Under the pieces are notes generated by a model. That model was not told where the DNA came from. It ran no database searches and saw nothing but the letters and a program-made list of their open reading frames with translations. Of a stretch of 64,000 nt of DNA, positions 1 through 12,663 are shown piece after piece. The position numbers and the translations under genes were made by a program. The stretch spans positions 11,036,001-11,100,000 of the forward strand of contig NC_058368.1 of assembly GCF_018350175.1 (NCBI RefSeq), written 5' to 3'. How positions within the stretch are numbered: the stretch's first letter is position 1; each line of letters opens with the position of its first letter. This stretch comes from Felis catus (lineage: Eukaryota).

Positions 1-469
1 TGCATGGGTCAGTGCGATGTTCAGAAATCCTCTTCTGGCGAAAGCTTACAGGGCCCCCATTCTCTTATGGAAAGAACACTGAGGCAAAGCCTCAGACAGT
101 GACTCTTTCCTAAGATGTGGAAGATTACAACAGTGTAGCAGTGAGTACAACTTAAAAATTAGGTGACCTAATGCTAGAAAAATCTAGGAATGCAGACAGT
201 GATGTAATTAACAAGTAACCATTTTAATTGACTACAAGTCATAAACTGGTCTCTTCATGTAAGTGTATAAATAGGTCTACTATCACCTACATTATTCTGG
301 AAAACACATAAATGCACAGGTATGTCAAGCACTTATGACTGGGATTATACCCCATATACTGGGGGTAAAGTGTTATTAGGGTAAAGACATAACAACATAC
401 CCAATTTCCCCACAGAACCAAAATACAACACGTGGTTCTTGACCCAGGATTGATCTCTGCCTCAAACCT

Positions 470-1000
470 TGCACCATCAGCCTTGAACTCCCTCCCTTTA
501 TCATCAACCTCTCTTCTCCACTGGCCCTTTCTGTTCAGCTCACAATGCTCCAATTTCTCGTATCTAAGACCGACACTAGCATCTGTCTGTTTTTGCCTTC
601 TCTTTATGACTAAACATTTAGAAAGGATGGTAAACTCTTTGTCACCGGTGCTTTGACTTCTCAACAACAGAATGCCTCTACCCTCACCACACCATGGAGG
701 CACTGCTCCTTGAGGTCTTAATGATAACAGCCCAATGGACAGTTTCCTTTCTTTAACTACTTCATCTCTCTGAAGAATTTGTCACTGACAACAACTTCCT
801 CCTCCAAATTCCTTTCTTAGAAGGAAGGACATCATTCTTTCCCATTCTACACTACTCCACTGGCTCTCCCTTCTCACATCTTTATGAGTTTCCTCTTCCT
901 CCACCTGCCCCCATAAACTTATAAATAAGTTTCTGGGGTTTTATTCTTGGCTTCCTGTTCTTTGTCCTCCTTAAATCCCTCCCAGGCTTCAATCTCTCCA
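470..1000 (+). mobile_element. L2 LINE relic
   Basis: ~690-790 resembles the degenerate L2/CR1 RT segment HSTETALxKVTND followed by typical L2 pyrimidine-rich sequence. Confidence 0.6.
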
Positions 1001-1058
1001 TGGTTGTCATAGATAAGTAAATTAATTTTTAAAGCTCACGTAAAAATAAACATAAAGA

Positions 1059-1245
1059 GGGGTGCCTGGGTGGTTCAGTCGGTTGAGCATCCAACTTTGG
1101 CTCAGGTCATGATCTCACGGTTCGTGAGTTTGAGCCCCGCATCGGGCTCTGTGCTGTCAGAGCCCACTTCAGATCCTCTGCTCCCACCCCCTATGCTTCC
1201 CCTGCTCGCGCTCTCTCTAAAAAATAAAATATAAAAACAAATCTA
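1059..1245 (+). mobile_element. CAN-SINE
   Basis: GGGGTGCCTGGGTGG tRNA-like head, CT-rich segment, A-rich tail. Confidence 0.9.
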
Positions 1246-1935
1246 AATACATAAATAACTAAATATAGAAGGGGCTTATTTTGATAGTTCTTATCATATC
1301 TTGACACTTTTTAATCTTCTCCACCATACAACTTTTGTTGAAATTTCTAACCTCCCTAATGAGAATCAGCTATTCTCTCAGGCTCATCCAAAAGTGATGC
1401 ATTTTTACATGTTTAGCAAATGTGTTTGAAACCCACCAAAATCATTTGTTTGGAAGATTTTTAAGAGAAAATCCCATAAACTTAAATTCCATAAGTGGCC
1501 CAGGCTGGAGAGGGGAGAGGACGATTCTAGTGGCTCCCTATATAAATTTCTGCTCAATTCCTCTATTTTCAGTCCAGGACCTATGCTTACATAAACTTTT
1601 TTCTTTTTATTTATTTTTATTGGACAGGATCAGAATGTGCAGACATGTCCACTGAAAGTATGGAATCAAGAAAGGGATCTTAAGGAAAAGTTTTATGCAT
1701 ATCACTGAAGAGGCATTGGATGGAGTAGGGTGGAAACCTCAGATCACACGATAACCATCATAGAGACTGAACCAGTGATATTAATTGATTTACCTTTCCT
1801 GTTTTTATGTAGCTGGCAGTAGCCTTAGAGATCAAGGGTTGTATCCTTTTGCTGCTTTGTAAACAGCAAATCCTTTTTGTCTTAGTTTTCCACTCTTCAG
1901 TGGCTTATATTTTCCCTTAAAAATGCTTGGTTCCA

Positions 1936-2045
1936 GGGGCACCTGGCTGGCTCAGTTGGTAGAGTGTGTAACTCTTGATCTTGGGGTTGTAGGTTTGAGC
2001 CCCACATTGGGTGTAGAGATTACTTAAAAATGAAATTTTAAAAAA
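1936..2045 (+). mobile_element. Short tRNA-Lys-like carnivore SINE without CT tract
   Basis: GGGGCACCTGGCTGGCTCAG...GTAGAGATTACTTAAAAA; AAAAATGCTT present on both sides (TSD-like). Confidence 0.85.
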
Positions 2046-3304
2046 TGCTTCATTCCTCCCTTGATTTGAATTGTTCATTTCCACCTCTCTTATATTATTG
2101 TTTAAAATAAAGAAAAGCCTCAAACTTTTGTCCTGCAGAGGGACTAAGTCTAAACCCACCATGCACGGAGTTTGATTTAGATTCACAACCATGTCTCTCC
2201 AGCCATTAGCCCTGCCCTTTGCTCGTTCACTGTGGATCATGGCCATCTTTGGAGTCCTGCCATGCTCTTTGTCAGCTAATAAGAAAACAGTTGGACATAA
2301 TGTATGCTTCTAAAATAATAGTTTTTTTAAGGAAGTGAATCACTTTAGGAAATACACATCTAAATTTCTATTGCCATTCATTTATTCAGTCAGCAAATAG
2401 GCCTTGTGCAGCTACCTGAAGCTGCCACAATGCTGTCTGACAAGGTCATCTTCAAGAACAGGTAATTCACATTCCAATAAAATATGCTTGGCCAGACAGG
2501 GGACTGCTTTAGAGTTGCCGTCAGAGATTAAGTCCCATGGATGCATCGGTCTTATCACTTTTATCCACAGGACACTCCTTTTTACCACAATATCTTTTTC
2601 TTTCTACTTCTCTTCCTTTTTTCCTCTGTCAAACTTTTTGCTGACATTCATTGTTCTTTTTCTCTTGCTCTCTCACTCACTACACCTACACACACATCCC
2701 TCCTTACCTCTCTCAAAATCTGCTTCTTTGCCTCCTCATTTCCATCCTTACTCTTAATATTCCTGGCTTTATGTCTGTCTGTCTTTCTCTCTCTCTCTCC
2801 TGGGGTGGGCAGTATTTGGAGAGGGGATATAAGGCCAGAGTGAGGCCCAAAGTGAGATGGGCTCTTCTGTTGAGCACATCAGGAAGCAGACTGACTAAGT
2901 TCACTTTTACGCTCTCAGCCGGCTGTAAGTACCCTAAGTCAATGGTAGGAGGTCTAATCATCTGGCCACGATCCTATAGCAACAAATCATACTAGAAACA
3001 TAACTGAATAGTTCTTTGTAGACTGCCAAATGCTTTCAGATAGGCTTTGTTAGAGGTCAAGCATTATTTATTCACAAGTGCATGCTTTTGCAGACATGTA
3101 CATACACATAAACACCTTGTTATGTTGGCATTAATTCATTTGACAACCTCACCTCCTTGGAACATAACTAAGTTAAAAGAATAAACCCATTAATTTTTAA
3201 AGGCCTTTAAGAAACTCAAGATAAAACAGTTGCTACAGATTCATAAATTAAAGCACAAAAGTAGAATAGGGCATAGGCAGAAGCACCCAGCATCTCATTT
3301 GAGT

Positions 3305-3600
3305 TGTTCATTCATTCACAAATATAAATTGGGTGCCATTATGCCAGGTAATTCTAGGTAACAGAAGTCAGCAGTGAACACATGGACCAGAAAGTTGTGC
3401 CTGTCTTAATGGAGCTTACATTCTTGGGGGTTGGCAGGAGAAACACTAATAGAGGAAAATGAGCAGAATCTATAGTGTACTAGAGGGTGAGAAATTCTGC
3501 AGGAAAAATGAATAAATAAGGGAAGTGGATAACTTATTGCTAGAGGAGAGGAAATGGCAATGAAAGTCCTCATAAAAGGTGACATTTGAGTAAAATAGCC
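3305..3600 (-). mobile_element. L2 3' end relic
   Basis: TTCATTCATTCA terminus and GGAGCTTACATTCT, GGTGACATTTGAG motifs of antisense L2. Confidence 0.7.
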
Positions 3601-3604
3601 TGCC

Positions 3605-3745
3605 ACTATTTCTCCTCAGTTTACTTATCTTTAAAATAGGAAAAATAATGACTATCTCACAAAATTACTGAAAGCTTTAAATGAACAGATACATATTCTA
3701 GCACATAGCCTGAAACGTGTTAATTACTCAACAAGCAGTAGATTC
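3605..3745 (+). mobile_element. MIR
   Basis: CCTCAGTTT...ATCTTTAAAATAGG core-like motif and AGCACATAGCCTG 3' part. Confidence 0.65.
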
Positions 3746-4371
3746 ATCTTACTCTCAAAATTTCACTCATCTCGGAGAGCTTTATATGTTCAGAATACAT
3801 TTCCCTATAATTCACATATAATTTTAGCAGGATATATTTTCTTATTTCTAAACTCAGAGAAGATTGTATGTATGCATATACGTGTATGTATATATGGGTG
3901 TGTATGAGTGTGTGCATGTGCGTGTCTTGGATATTCATGTGGATTTCCATTACAAATTTAGACTTCCTAAGATCTATGAACCCCAAAGCCAATAAATTTA
4001 GCCAAAAATTAATTCTAAGAGGATAATAAATAACCCTGAGATAACAGGAAGTGCCAAAAATAAACTTCTCTAAAACATCTATCCTAACTCCGTCCTCACA
4101 AACATCTCCAAAATGGTAGATTCTCATGCAAGCCTTTATAGAAGTTCTACAGGTAACGTCTCACAAATGATGAGCTCATAATCCCAAATTAATAAACCAC
4201 AAGGAAACAATACACCAGAAATGGGGAACCAACGAAGCCACAAAGCTAAACAACAACAAAATTTCAGGTAATAGAATTATATGACAAAATCTATAAAGCA
4301 CATTTTTAAAAATTATTCAAGAAGTAAAGAAATTGACACTATAAAATGTATAAGACCCTATGAAAAGTATC

Positions 4372-4444
4372 TTTTTTAATTTTAAATTTTTTTAGAGAGA
4401 GAAAGAGTGCAAGCAGGGGAGATGGACAGAGGGAGAGAAAGAAC

Positions 4445-4488
<44 letters not shown>

Positions 4489-4611
4489 CTTAAGCAGGCT
4501 CCATGCTCAAGGTGGAGCCCGATGCAGGGCTTGATCCCACAACCCTTGGATCATGACCTGAGTAGAAATCAAGATCTGGACACTCAGTTGAATGAGTCAC
4601 CCAGGCACCCC
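4372..4611 (-). mobile_element. CAN-SINE
   Basis: Antisense SINE with (GA)n; TSD TGAAAAGTA(T/C)CTTT at 4361 and 4612. Confidence 0.92.
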
Positions 4612-4686
4612 TGAAAAGTACCTTTAAAAACAGAACTTTTTGAATTAAAATGTATTCATTAAAATTAGAAACTCCATGGAGAGTTT

Positions 4687-5318
4687 ATTTTTTTTCTTTT
4701 ATCTATCTGCTTTTTTATTTATTTATTTATTTTTAAAATATGAAATTTATTGTCAAATTGGTTTCCATACAACACCCAGTGCTCATCCCAACAGGTGCCC
4801 TCCTCAATACCATCACCCATCCTCCCCTCCCTCCCACCACCCATCAACCCTCAGTTTGTTCTCAGTTTTTAAGAGTCTCTTGTGTTTTGGCTCCCTCCCT
4901 CTCTAACCTCTTTTTTTTTTCTTCCCCTCCCCCATGGTCTTCTGTTAAGTTTCTCAGGATCCACATAAGAGTGAAAACATATGGTATCTGTCTTTCTCTG
5001 TATGACTTATTTCACTTAGCATAACACTCTCCAGTTCCATCCACGTTGCCTCAAAAGGCCATATTTCATTCTTTCTCATTGCCACGTAGTATTCCATTGT
5101 GTATATAAACCACAATTTCTTTATCCATTCATCAGTTGATGGAAAACAGTGTGGAGGTTCCTCAAAAAACTAAAAATAGACCTACCCTATGACCCAGCAA
5201 TAGCACTGCTAGGAATTTACCCAAGGGATACAGGAGTGCTGATGCATAAGGGCATGAGTACCCCAATGTTTACAGCAGCACTTTCAACAATAGCCAAATT
5301 ATGGAAAGAGCCTAAATA
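4687..5318 (-). mobile_element. Young felid L1 3' end with 5' inversion
   Basis: Poly-T plus antisense 3'UTR 4687-5143, then sense ORF2 C-terminus (WRFLKKLKIDLPYDPAIALLGIYP). TSD TCCATGGA(G/T)AGTTT at 4673 and 5319. Confidence 0.92.
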
Positions 5319-5503
5319 TCCATGGATAGTTTCAAGATCAGATTCTGTACAGCTGAAGAGAAAACTATTGAACTAGAAGTTAGAACTGAGCAAAGCACAG
5401 AAAATGGAGAGAGATTTTAAAAATGTGTAAATTACGATCAAGATTTAGGAGTTACAGAGGATAGTATAAGAAGGTCAAATGCACATTTAAAAGGAGTCCC
5501 AGA

Positions 5504-5700
5504 GGGGTGCCTGGGTGGCTCAGTTGGCTAAGCATCCAACTTTTTATTTCAGCTCAGGTCATGATCGCAGGGTGATGGGATCAAGCCTTGCATCAGGCTC
5601 CATGCTGAGCATAGGGTCTGCTTAAGATTGTCTCTCTCCCTCTGCCCCTCTCTCCAGTTCATGTGCTCTCATTCTCTCTCAAAAAAAAAATAAATAAATA
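5504..5700 (+). mobile_element. CAN-SINE
   Basis: Perfect TSD AAAAGGAGTCCCAGA at 5489-5503 and 5701-5715. Confidence 0.92.
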
Positions 5701-5715
5701 AAAAGGAGTCCCAGA

Positions 5716-5987
5716 TTCTGGGGATCTAATGTACAGCATGGTCATCCTACTTAATACTGTACTCTATAACACGAAATTTGTTAAGAAACTAGATCTTAAG
5801 TGTTTTCACCACCCAAATAACTGTAAAAAAGTAACTAAGCGAGGTGATGGATGTGTTAATTTGATTGCCGTGATCATTTTACAATGTAAGCAATATAAAA
5901 TCACCACATCATATATTTTTTAAAACATACTATTTTATTTGTAAATTATACCTCAATAAACCTGGAGGAAAAATGTTTAAATAAAAT
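5716..5987 (+). mobile_element. Older L1 3'UTR fragment (L1MA/carnivore type)
   Basis: GGGATCTAATGTACAGCATGG...AATTATACCTCAATAAA; flanked by AAAGGAGTCCCAG. Confidence 0.8.
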
Positions 5988-6055
5988 AAAGGAGTCCCAG
6001 GTAGAAAGAACAGGAAGGATGGAAAAGAAGCACTGTTCCAACAAATGATGGCTCA

Positions 6056-7000
6056 GATAGCAAACAACATATGCAAAGATGCTCCGCATCATATATCATC
6101 AGGGAAATGAAATTAAAGCAACAATGAAATATCAATACACACCTGTTAGGATGGCCCAAATCTGGACTACTGACAGCATCAAATGCAGGCAACGATGTGA
6201 GCAACAGGACCCCCATTCATTACTGATGGGAATGCAGAATGGTACAGCCACTTTGGAAGATGGTTCAGTGATTTCTTACAAAACCAAACATACTCTTTCC
6301 ACATGATCCAGCCATTGTGTTCCTTGGTATTTACCCGAAGAAACTGAAAACATACACCCACACATCCACATGGATGTCTACAGCAGATTTATTCATAATT
6401 GCCAGAGCTTGGGAGCAACTAAAATGTCCTTTTGTAGGTGAAAGGATAAATAAGCTGTAGTACATCCAGACAATGGAATATTGTTCAGCACTAAAGAGAA
6501 ATGAGCTATAGAGCCGTGAAAAGACATGGAGGAAACTTAAATGCATATCACTAGGTGAAAGAAGCCAATGTGAAAAAGTTACAAACAGTAGGATTTCAAC
6601 TATTTGACATTCTGGAAAAGACAAAACCATGAAGGTAGTGAAAAGATCAGGGGTACAGGGGCAGGGAGCAAGAGAGGTGAATAGGTGGAGTCCAGAGGAT
6701 TTTTACAGCAGTAAAAATACTCTGTATAATATTGCATTGATAAATATATGTCATTATTCATTTGTCTAAACTCATAGAATATACAGCACCAAGAGTGAGC
6801 CATAATGTATTCTGTGAACATTGGGTGATCATGATATGTCACTGTAGGTTCATCAACTATAATAAATGTACTACTCTGGGGGGATGTTACTGGGGGGACC
6901 ATTCATATGTGGGATCAGGAAGTATATGAGAAACCTGTGTAATTTCCATTCAACTTTCCTATGGACCTTAAACTGTTCTAAAAATAAATAAATAAAGACT
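6056..7000 (+). mobile_element. L1MC-like 3' end (ORF2 C-terminus plus 3'UTR)
   Basis: ORF2-like IKATMKYQYTPVRMA motif; ends CCTTAAACTGTTCTAAAAATAAA. Confidence 0.85.
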
Positions 7001-7020
7001 TAATCTAAAAAGATAATAAT

Positions 7021-7057
7021 TTTTTAATGTTTATTTATTTTTGACAGAGACAGAGAC

Positions 7058-7098
<41 letters not shown>

Positions 7099-7264
7099 AT
7101 GAGCGGGGGAGGGGCAGAGAGAGAAGGAGACACAGAATCAGAAGCAGGCTCCAGGCTCTGAGCTGTCAGCACAGAGCCCAACCCAGGGCTCCAACTCACA
7201 GACCACGAGATCATGACCTGACCTGAAGTCAGACGCTCAACCGACTGAGCCACCCAGGCACCCC
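7021..7264 (-). mobile_element. Feliform CAN-SINE
   Basis: TSD TAAAAAGATAATAAT at 7006 and 7265. Confidence 0.95.
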
Positions 7265-7289
7265 TAAAAAGATAATAATAAAAAAATGA

Positions 7290-8640
7290 GTTTATAGACC
7301 TGGAGAACGTCTTTGTAAATCATGTAAATTATAAATATATATTATTTGGAAATTAATAGGAATAAGACAAACAGACCAAAAAATTTTTTAATGGACCAAG
7401 GATTTGAATCAACAATTCACAGAAGAAGAAAACCAAGTGGTCAATAAATATGAAAAACAAACAAACAAATATAAACTTACATTATTAATCAGCTAAATGC
7501 AATTTAACACAAAAGTGAAATGCTGGTTTACGCAGTGAAATTAATAAAAGTAAACTGAGTTTTCAAAGATGTAGTGAAAACAAAATCTTTTGCATTGCTG
7601 GCTGGGAGTGCAAATTATCACAATCATTTTTGAAAATGATTTGACATGACACTTTAGTACAGTTAAATGTGCGCATAATAGTAAAAGGCATACCCTGTTG
7701 GATATACATCTCATATGCCTCCCCAAATTCTCCTGCATCATCTGCGCCAACTCAGTTACCATCACTGCAACCAGCTCGAGAAAGGTCTATGAACCTCTCC
7801 TACCTGGCACTGGCCAGCCAGACATCAAAGTCCCTGGCTCTTCCCATCACTTACTACTCAGGAAGAAGCATTGGGCTACAGAGAGGTGAGAAGTGGGGAG
7901 GGGGAATTGGAATCCAACTTGTCTGGCAGCTATTAAAGACGCCATGTAATATAATCTGAAAGTGCAGTGTGCTTTACTTCCCTTGAAATGAACTTCGTTC
8001 AGAGGAGAGAGAAGGGAAATCGGAGCCAACAAATCAGTCTCCTCTTTTCCTCCTCCCGTGGGCTGTTCCTAGCAATAGTATTCCCTATAGCCTATCTAGA
8101 GCAGTCCATGTGGCCAAGTGGGCCCAGCTGCCCAGCCACCAGCTGTATCTTTTCTTGACTTGCATTTGCTTCTCGTCCTTCCCTGTCTTGCTTCCTGCTT
8201 CCCTCAGCCTCACTGCTCTAGGCCTGGCTTCCTAATAAGGCATTAGCACCTAAGCGCTGCCTCAGGCCCTGATTATTTAAGGATTCCAGGCCAAGATATC
8301 CTATAACCCAACAATTCAACCACTAGAAAGATGTTCACCCCAGAGAAACCCTTGCATATGTGCACAGAGAGATAAATACAAATATGTTCAATGCCTTACT
8401 GTTTGTAACAGGGCAAAGGGGAAACATCCTAAGTTTCATACAATAGAAGAATGGATAAATAAACTATGTTTTATTCAGTCAATTATCAAACAACAGTGAA
8501 AATGATCTCATGCATCGAAATAGAGAAATGTCAAAAACATAACGTTGGCTAAAAAAGACAAGTTTGAAAGGTTGTGTCTACTGTATCATTTATGCAAAAT
8601 TTTGAAATGCACAAAATAATATATCCCATATATATCCTGA
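7290..8640 (+). mobile_element. Ancient L1 (L1ME-like) 3' relic split by an LTR
   Basis: L1 motif GCATACCC|TATAACCCAACAATTC is broken by the LTR at 7697-8298; AGAATGGATAAATAAACT follows. Confidence 0.6.
7697..8298 (+). mobile_element. ERVL solo LTR (LTR33-like)
   Basis: TG start; 3' end GCATTAGCACCTAAGCGCTGCCTCAGGCCCTG...CCAGGCCAAGATA resembles the LTR33 terminus. Confidence 0.6.
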
Positions 8641-9209
8641 AGCAAATATAACTGATGTGATTATCAGTTTAATTTTGCCAGTATGTCCATGTATCTGTTA
8701 TAAGAATTTATGAACATTTCTGTGGTGCAAATACCTTTTCGAATTAAAATGTACATGGCTCAAGCCCTCACTCTACCTATCATAGCACAGAGTGTGTAGA
8801 AATCTCTTCCAGGTTTCTTCAAATTTTCATGGAATTAATAATTGGCGAAGTCAGTTCCTGTTCTGTGAGTATTTTTCCCTTCTCCCCTGATCCCCAGCTC
8901 TGAGCCTCCTCTGACTTTGAACGCCTGGACCACAGACTTCATTCTCCCCTCAGTGTAGTTCTGCCACCAACATACCAGCACATTAGAGGGATGCTGTAGA
9001 AGGGCTGCATTATCCTACCACTTTCTCTATCATTTCCAACGCAATATAAACACACGACTACGGTGCATAGACTTGTACTGATAGTGAAGAATAAATGAAT
9101 ATGAATCACAGTTCAGCAAAATACTTGAAATATGTTCTAAAAGCTCTTTCAAACATTTTTACCTCTGCATTTTGGCATACTTTGTTTCCATCTTCTGGGC
9201 TCTTCTGTT

Positions 9210-9247
9210 ACACACACACACACACACACACACACGTACGCGTACAT
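9210..9247. repeat. (CA)n microsatellite extended by CGTACGCGTACA
   Basis: Direct reading. Confidence 0.95.
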
Positions 9248-10281
9248 TATCCCTACTGTATCAGTCTCCTACATCCAAAATCCTGTTAATACCTTCTGCA
9301 TAATAGTTTTGTTCTTCATGTCTGCCCCCAAAATAAGGTTTTCAAGCCTACCTTTGCTTACCCAGAATATTAATCTACATTGTTAAAAAAAAGAACGCTC
9401 TATTCAGGGTCTTGGTCCATTAGCTGAACCAAACAAAGGAAAACCTTTGAAATGATAGGTTTTCCTTCAACATGACCAAGTTTTATGAAAGATAGCTTTA
9501 CCTTCCAAGACTTTCTGAAAACAGAAGGAAAACAGTATGAAAATTCACTTTCCTTTTGTCCAGAATAAATCTGCAAGAGTGGTGAACCTCCCCCGGGCTC
9601 CCTATCCACAGTTTACCCTGCCTCCTTCACATACATACAAACACTAGAAGCCCTGAGATCTGAGGCCATTTAGTAAAGGGGCACATTATTCCATATGCCT
9701 TAGTTGATCCCAAAGAAATGTTTGTATTAGAATGAACTTCCGTAATAATGATGTTCCTTTACAAGGAACTTTTACACACACAAAAAAACAATTTGTTAAC
9801 CAATACTTGAAATGACGCAAATTATTTTCAGCAGAGCTGAAACTAAAATCTCGTTCCCTTGACTCCTAACACGATGCCTTTTCACGCTATATCAAACCCA
9901 GATGCCAAGAAAGGATTAGGTTAATATCAGGGTCCTATAGAAAGGATAAAGGGCAAAGAGATATAAAAAGTTTCAGAAAGAGTTCGTTTTGAAGTGTGGC
10001 TTTGATGGATAAATGGTTGTCCAGAACAATGCCTGATACATAGTAAGTGCCTGATAATTGTAGAATAAATAAATGAAAAATGTCTATCCATAGCTTCCTG
10101 AAATTACACTCTAGTTGAACCACCCAAATGTTTTACATGGCCAAAATGGTGTTATGTAGGACAGAAGGAGACATGATACACATACACAAACACACACACA
10201 CGTGTGTGTGTGTCTACAGGAATTCCCCACCTCCATCATTGTCTTCCTTGCCTTGTAATTGTACACGTAAAAAAATGAAGA

Positions 10282-10311
10282 TTTTTTTTTGAGAGAAAGG
10301 TAGAGAGGGGC

Positions 10312-10357
<46 letters not shown>

Positions 10358-10480
10358 CTCAAGCAGGGTCTACACTCAGCATGGAACCTGACACAGGGCT
10401 CAATCCCACAACCCTGGGATCATGACCTGAGCCAAAATCAAGAGTTGGACTCTCAACCCACTGAGCCACCCAGGTGCCCC
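10282..10480 (-). mobile_element. CAN-SINE
   Basis: Poly-T, (GA)n, ...GAGCCACCCAGGTGCCCC. Confidence 0.92.
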
Positions 10481-11940
10481 AAGAAAGTGTAGATTATTAA
10501 TAGATAAGAAAACATACCCATGAATATAAAAACCCTACCTAGAGGAAGATACTGAGATCCATATAAGGTCTTTTCACAACTTTATTATCTCCTCAATAGA
10601 GCATCTTACATATATATATTCTTAAGTGTAACCAGACCTTCTTAAAAGAGAGAGTATGTCTGACATCCTTCTTCCTGGTGCTGAGAGTGAATGAGGCAAG
10701 GCGAAACACACGGATAATAGGAGGTAAAGTAAAACCTTTGGCTTTGATTCATGAGATAGAGAGAATTTGCTCAGAGAACAGGACACATCAGAGAACAGAC
10801 CTTGGTTCCAGGCTCAGGAGAGACTTCTCGGTGGCTGAGCAAACAGCAGAGTTTTGTTTGGCAGAACTTGCTTCAGAGAGTAAGAGGAGAGAGGGGATTC
10901 CAAGAGACAGAGTTGGGTGTATCAAGCTCTAAACTCCTAATACAACTGCTGTAGTTAGACGGAAGTCCACTGGATAATTTAGAACACTAACAAAAATATA
11001 AGGAATCCTTACATCAAGAAAGGCCAGAATTTTATTAAGTCACCTGCAAAGCACATGTAGGAGAGAAAAGGGACCTCTGAATAGGTTCTTGGTCTATTCT
11101 CATGAGAAGCTTATAGAATGCTGCCAGAGAGTGAATTCATATGATCTCAGTTTAAAACTTGCTAAAGGATTCAAACATCTTGTGATAAGATAACATGAAT
11201 ACGAAAAGAAACAAAACTCCATTAACTCAATGAGATTTCGAGTCAGTGGATTTTGAAGATCAATTTAAGAATTAACAATTTCAGAAGAGCCTCTAGCAGA
11301 GGAGATAACATCTTTATTGGGGATGGATGAAGGAAGTAACGTACAGCTTTCCTGGACTTCTAGAATGGCTAACTGCTTTCACCTGCCAGCCCTACTCTCC
11401 AGTTGTAGAAATCCCAATTCATTGCAGAGGGCAAAGAGGCTGGCTCTCTGGCCAACTGCGGTGCTAGGAAAGCCACAAACTAGTGGTTTGTTTTCTTTTA
11501 TTTTTAACAATGTAGTTAGTATTACACAAATTAAATGATGGCAATATTGAAATAAAATTCAATATTAAATTAAATTTAAAAAATTAAAGTCACCCATAAT
11601 CTCACCATTTTAATATAATGACTCTCTTCAGTTATGTATTTCTTTACTGTAACTTATTATATAAATAAATATGTTTCTGTTATTGTAAACCCAGCCCACA
11701 ATACATACAATTGTATTATGCTCTTTCCTTTGTGCTGTATTGCAAAATTTTTTGTGACACAATTTTCATAATTGTTATTTTTCTATACAGAGAAGCATGA
11801 TTTTTCACTGATGTATTAATCCTAATTGACTTAACTACTTCCCTGCTGTGCACATTTGGGCCTTTCCAACTCTGTTCATTCATTCATAAAGCATGAAGCA
11901 CTTTTTATCTGCCAAGCATTATACTAATTTTAGGGACAAG

Positions 11941-11947
11941 GAAGAAA

Positions 11948-11999
<52 letters not shown>

Positions 12000-12056
12000 A
12001 AATTGTGAAGGAAGGAAGGAAGGAAGGAAGGAAGGAAGGAAGGAAGGAAGGAAGAA
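11941..12056. repeat. Compound (AAAG)n-(AAGG)n microsatellite inside an L2 3' relic
   Basis: Direct reading; L2-like TTCATTCATTCA at ~11875 and TCCCTGCCCTTGAGAAG after the repeat. Confidence 0.95.
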
Positions 12057-12663
12057 ACAATCCCTGCCCTTGAGAAGGGCAGGGTGAAAGAGATATGCTC
12101 ACTAAAAAGGGACCCAAACCCAATGCAATGAATGCAATAAAAAGGTCAGAAGACAAAAGAAGTTTGTAGGAGTCTTGATGAGTATTTCTGAAATGTTTAG
12201 GAAGGGACATAAGTGCATATTATGGAAAAAATGGGTTGAAAAGTCAAGTAGGCTTCAAGAGAGATAGAATGAAACAAAGCTAAACATAGGGTTTAAAAAG
12301 TGTGTGCCCCTAAAGAACCAGCAGACATCATGAACTTCCAGGAAGGGATGTGGCCTACTACAGCATTTCCCATGTATATCCATCTCAAGATCCTTTACAA
12401 AACAACCCTTAGATAGAGGATGTACGAGGTGGAAACTAGAAAAGCTGCTCTGGTACATACCATAAACAGGAGTCCAAACAGACTGAACTAATAAACACAT
12501 CACCCCAGACTCGGAGTTTGCCAGTTTCGTCCACAGCAATATCCTTGACAATTTTACAAGATAAATAGGTGTCAGATATACCTCAGTACTGAATTGGTAT
12601 GCTGCTAATGTTTCTTAAATGTTTTATTTACTTGCTGGATCCCTCCCAGCCACAAATACATAT

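Larger units (their letters stand above)
4000..6055 (+). mobile_element. Ancient L1 (ORF1-region) relic, interrupted by four younger insertions
   Basis: A-rich ORF1-like pieces (ACAGCTGAAGAGAAAA..TTGAACTAGAAG; AAGGTCAAATGCACATTTAAAAGGAGTCCCAG) resume across the insertions. Confidence 0.55.

Noticed and set aside
1936..2030. tRNA-Lys-like sequence (also 44586-44680)
   Set aside because: Divergent stems, SINE-type 3' extension, A tail and TSD indicate a retroposed SINE, not a tRNA gene.
5149..5376. ORF WRFLKKLKIDLPYDPAIALLGIYP
   Set aside because: Fragment of the L1 ORF2p C-terminus within a truncated insertion; not a host CDS.
5489..6000. Repeat-spacer-repeat pattern reminiscent of CRISPR
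   Set aside because: Mammalian DNA; the repeats are 13-15 bp TSDs and the spacers are a SINE and an L1 fragment.
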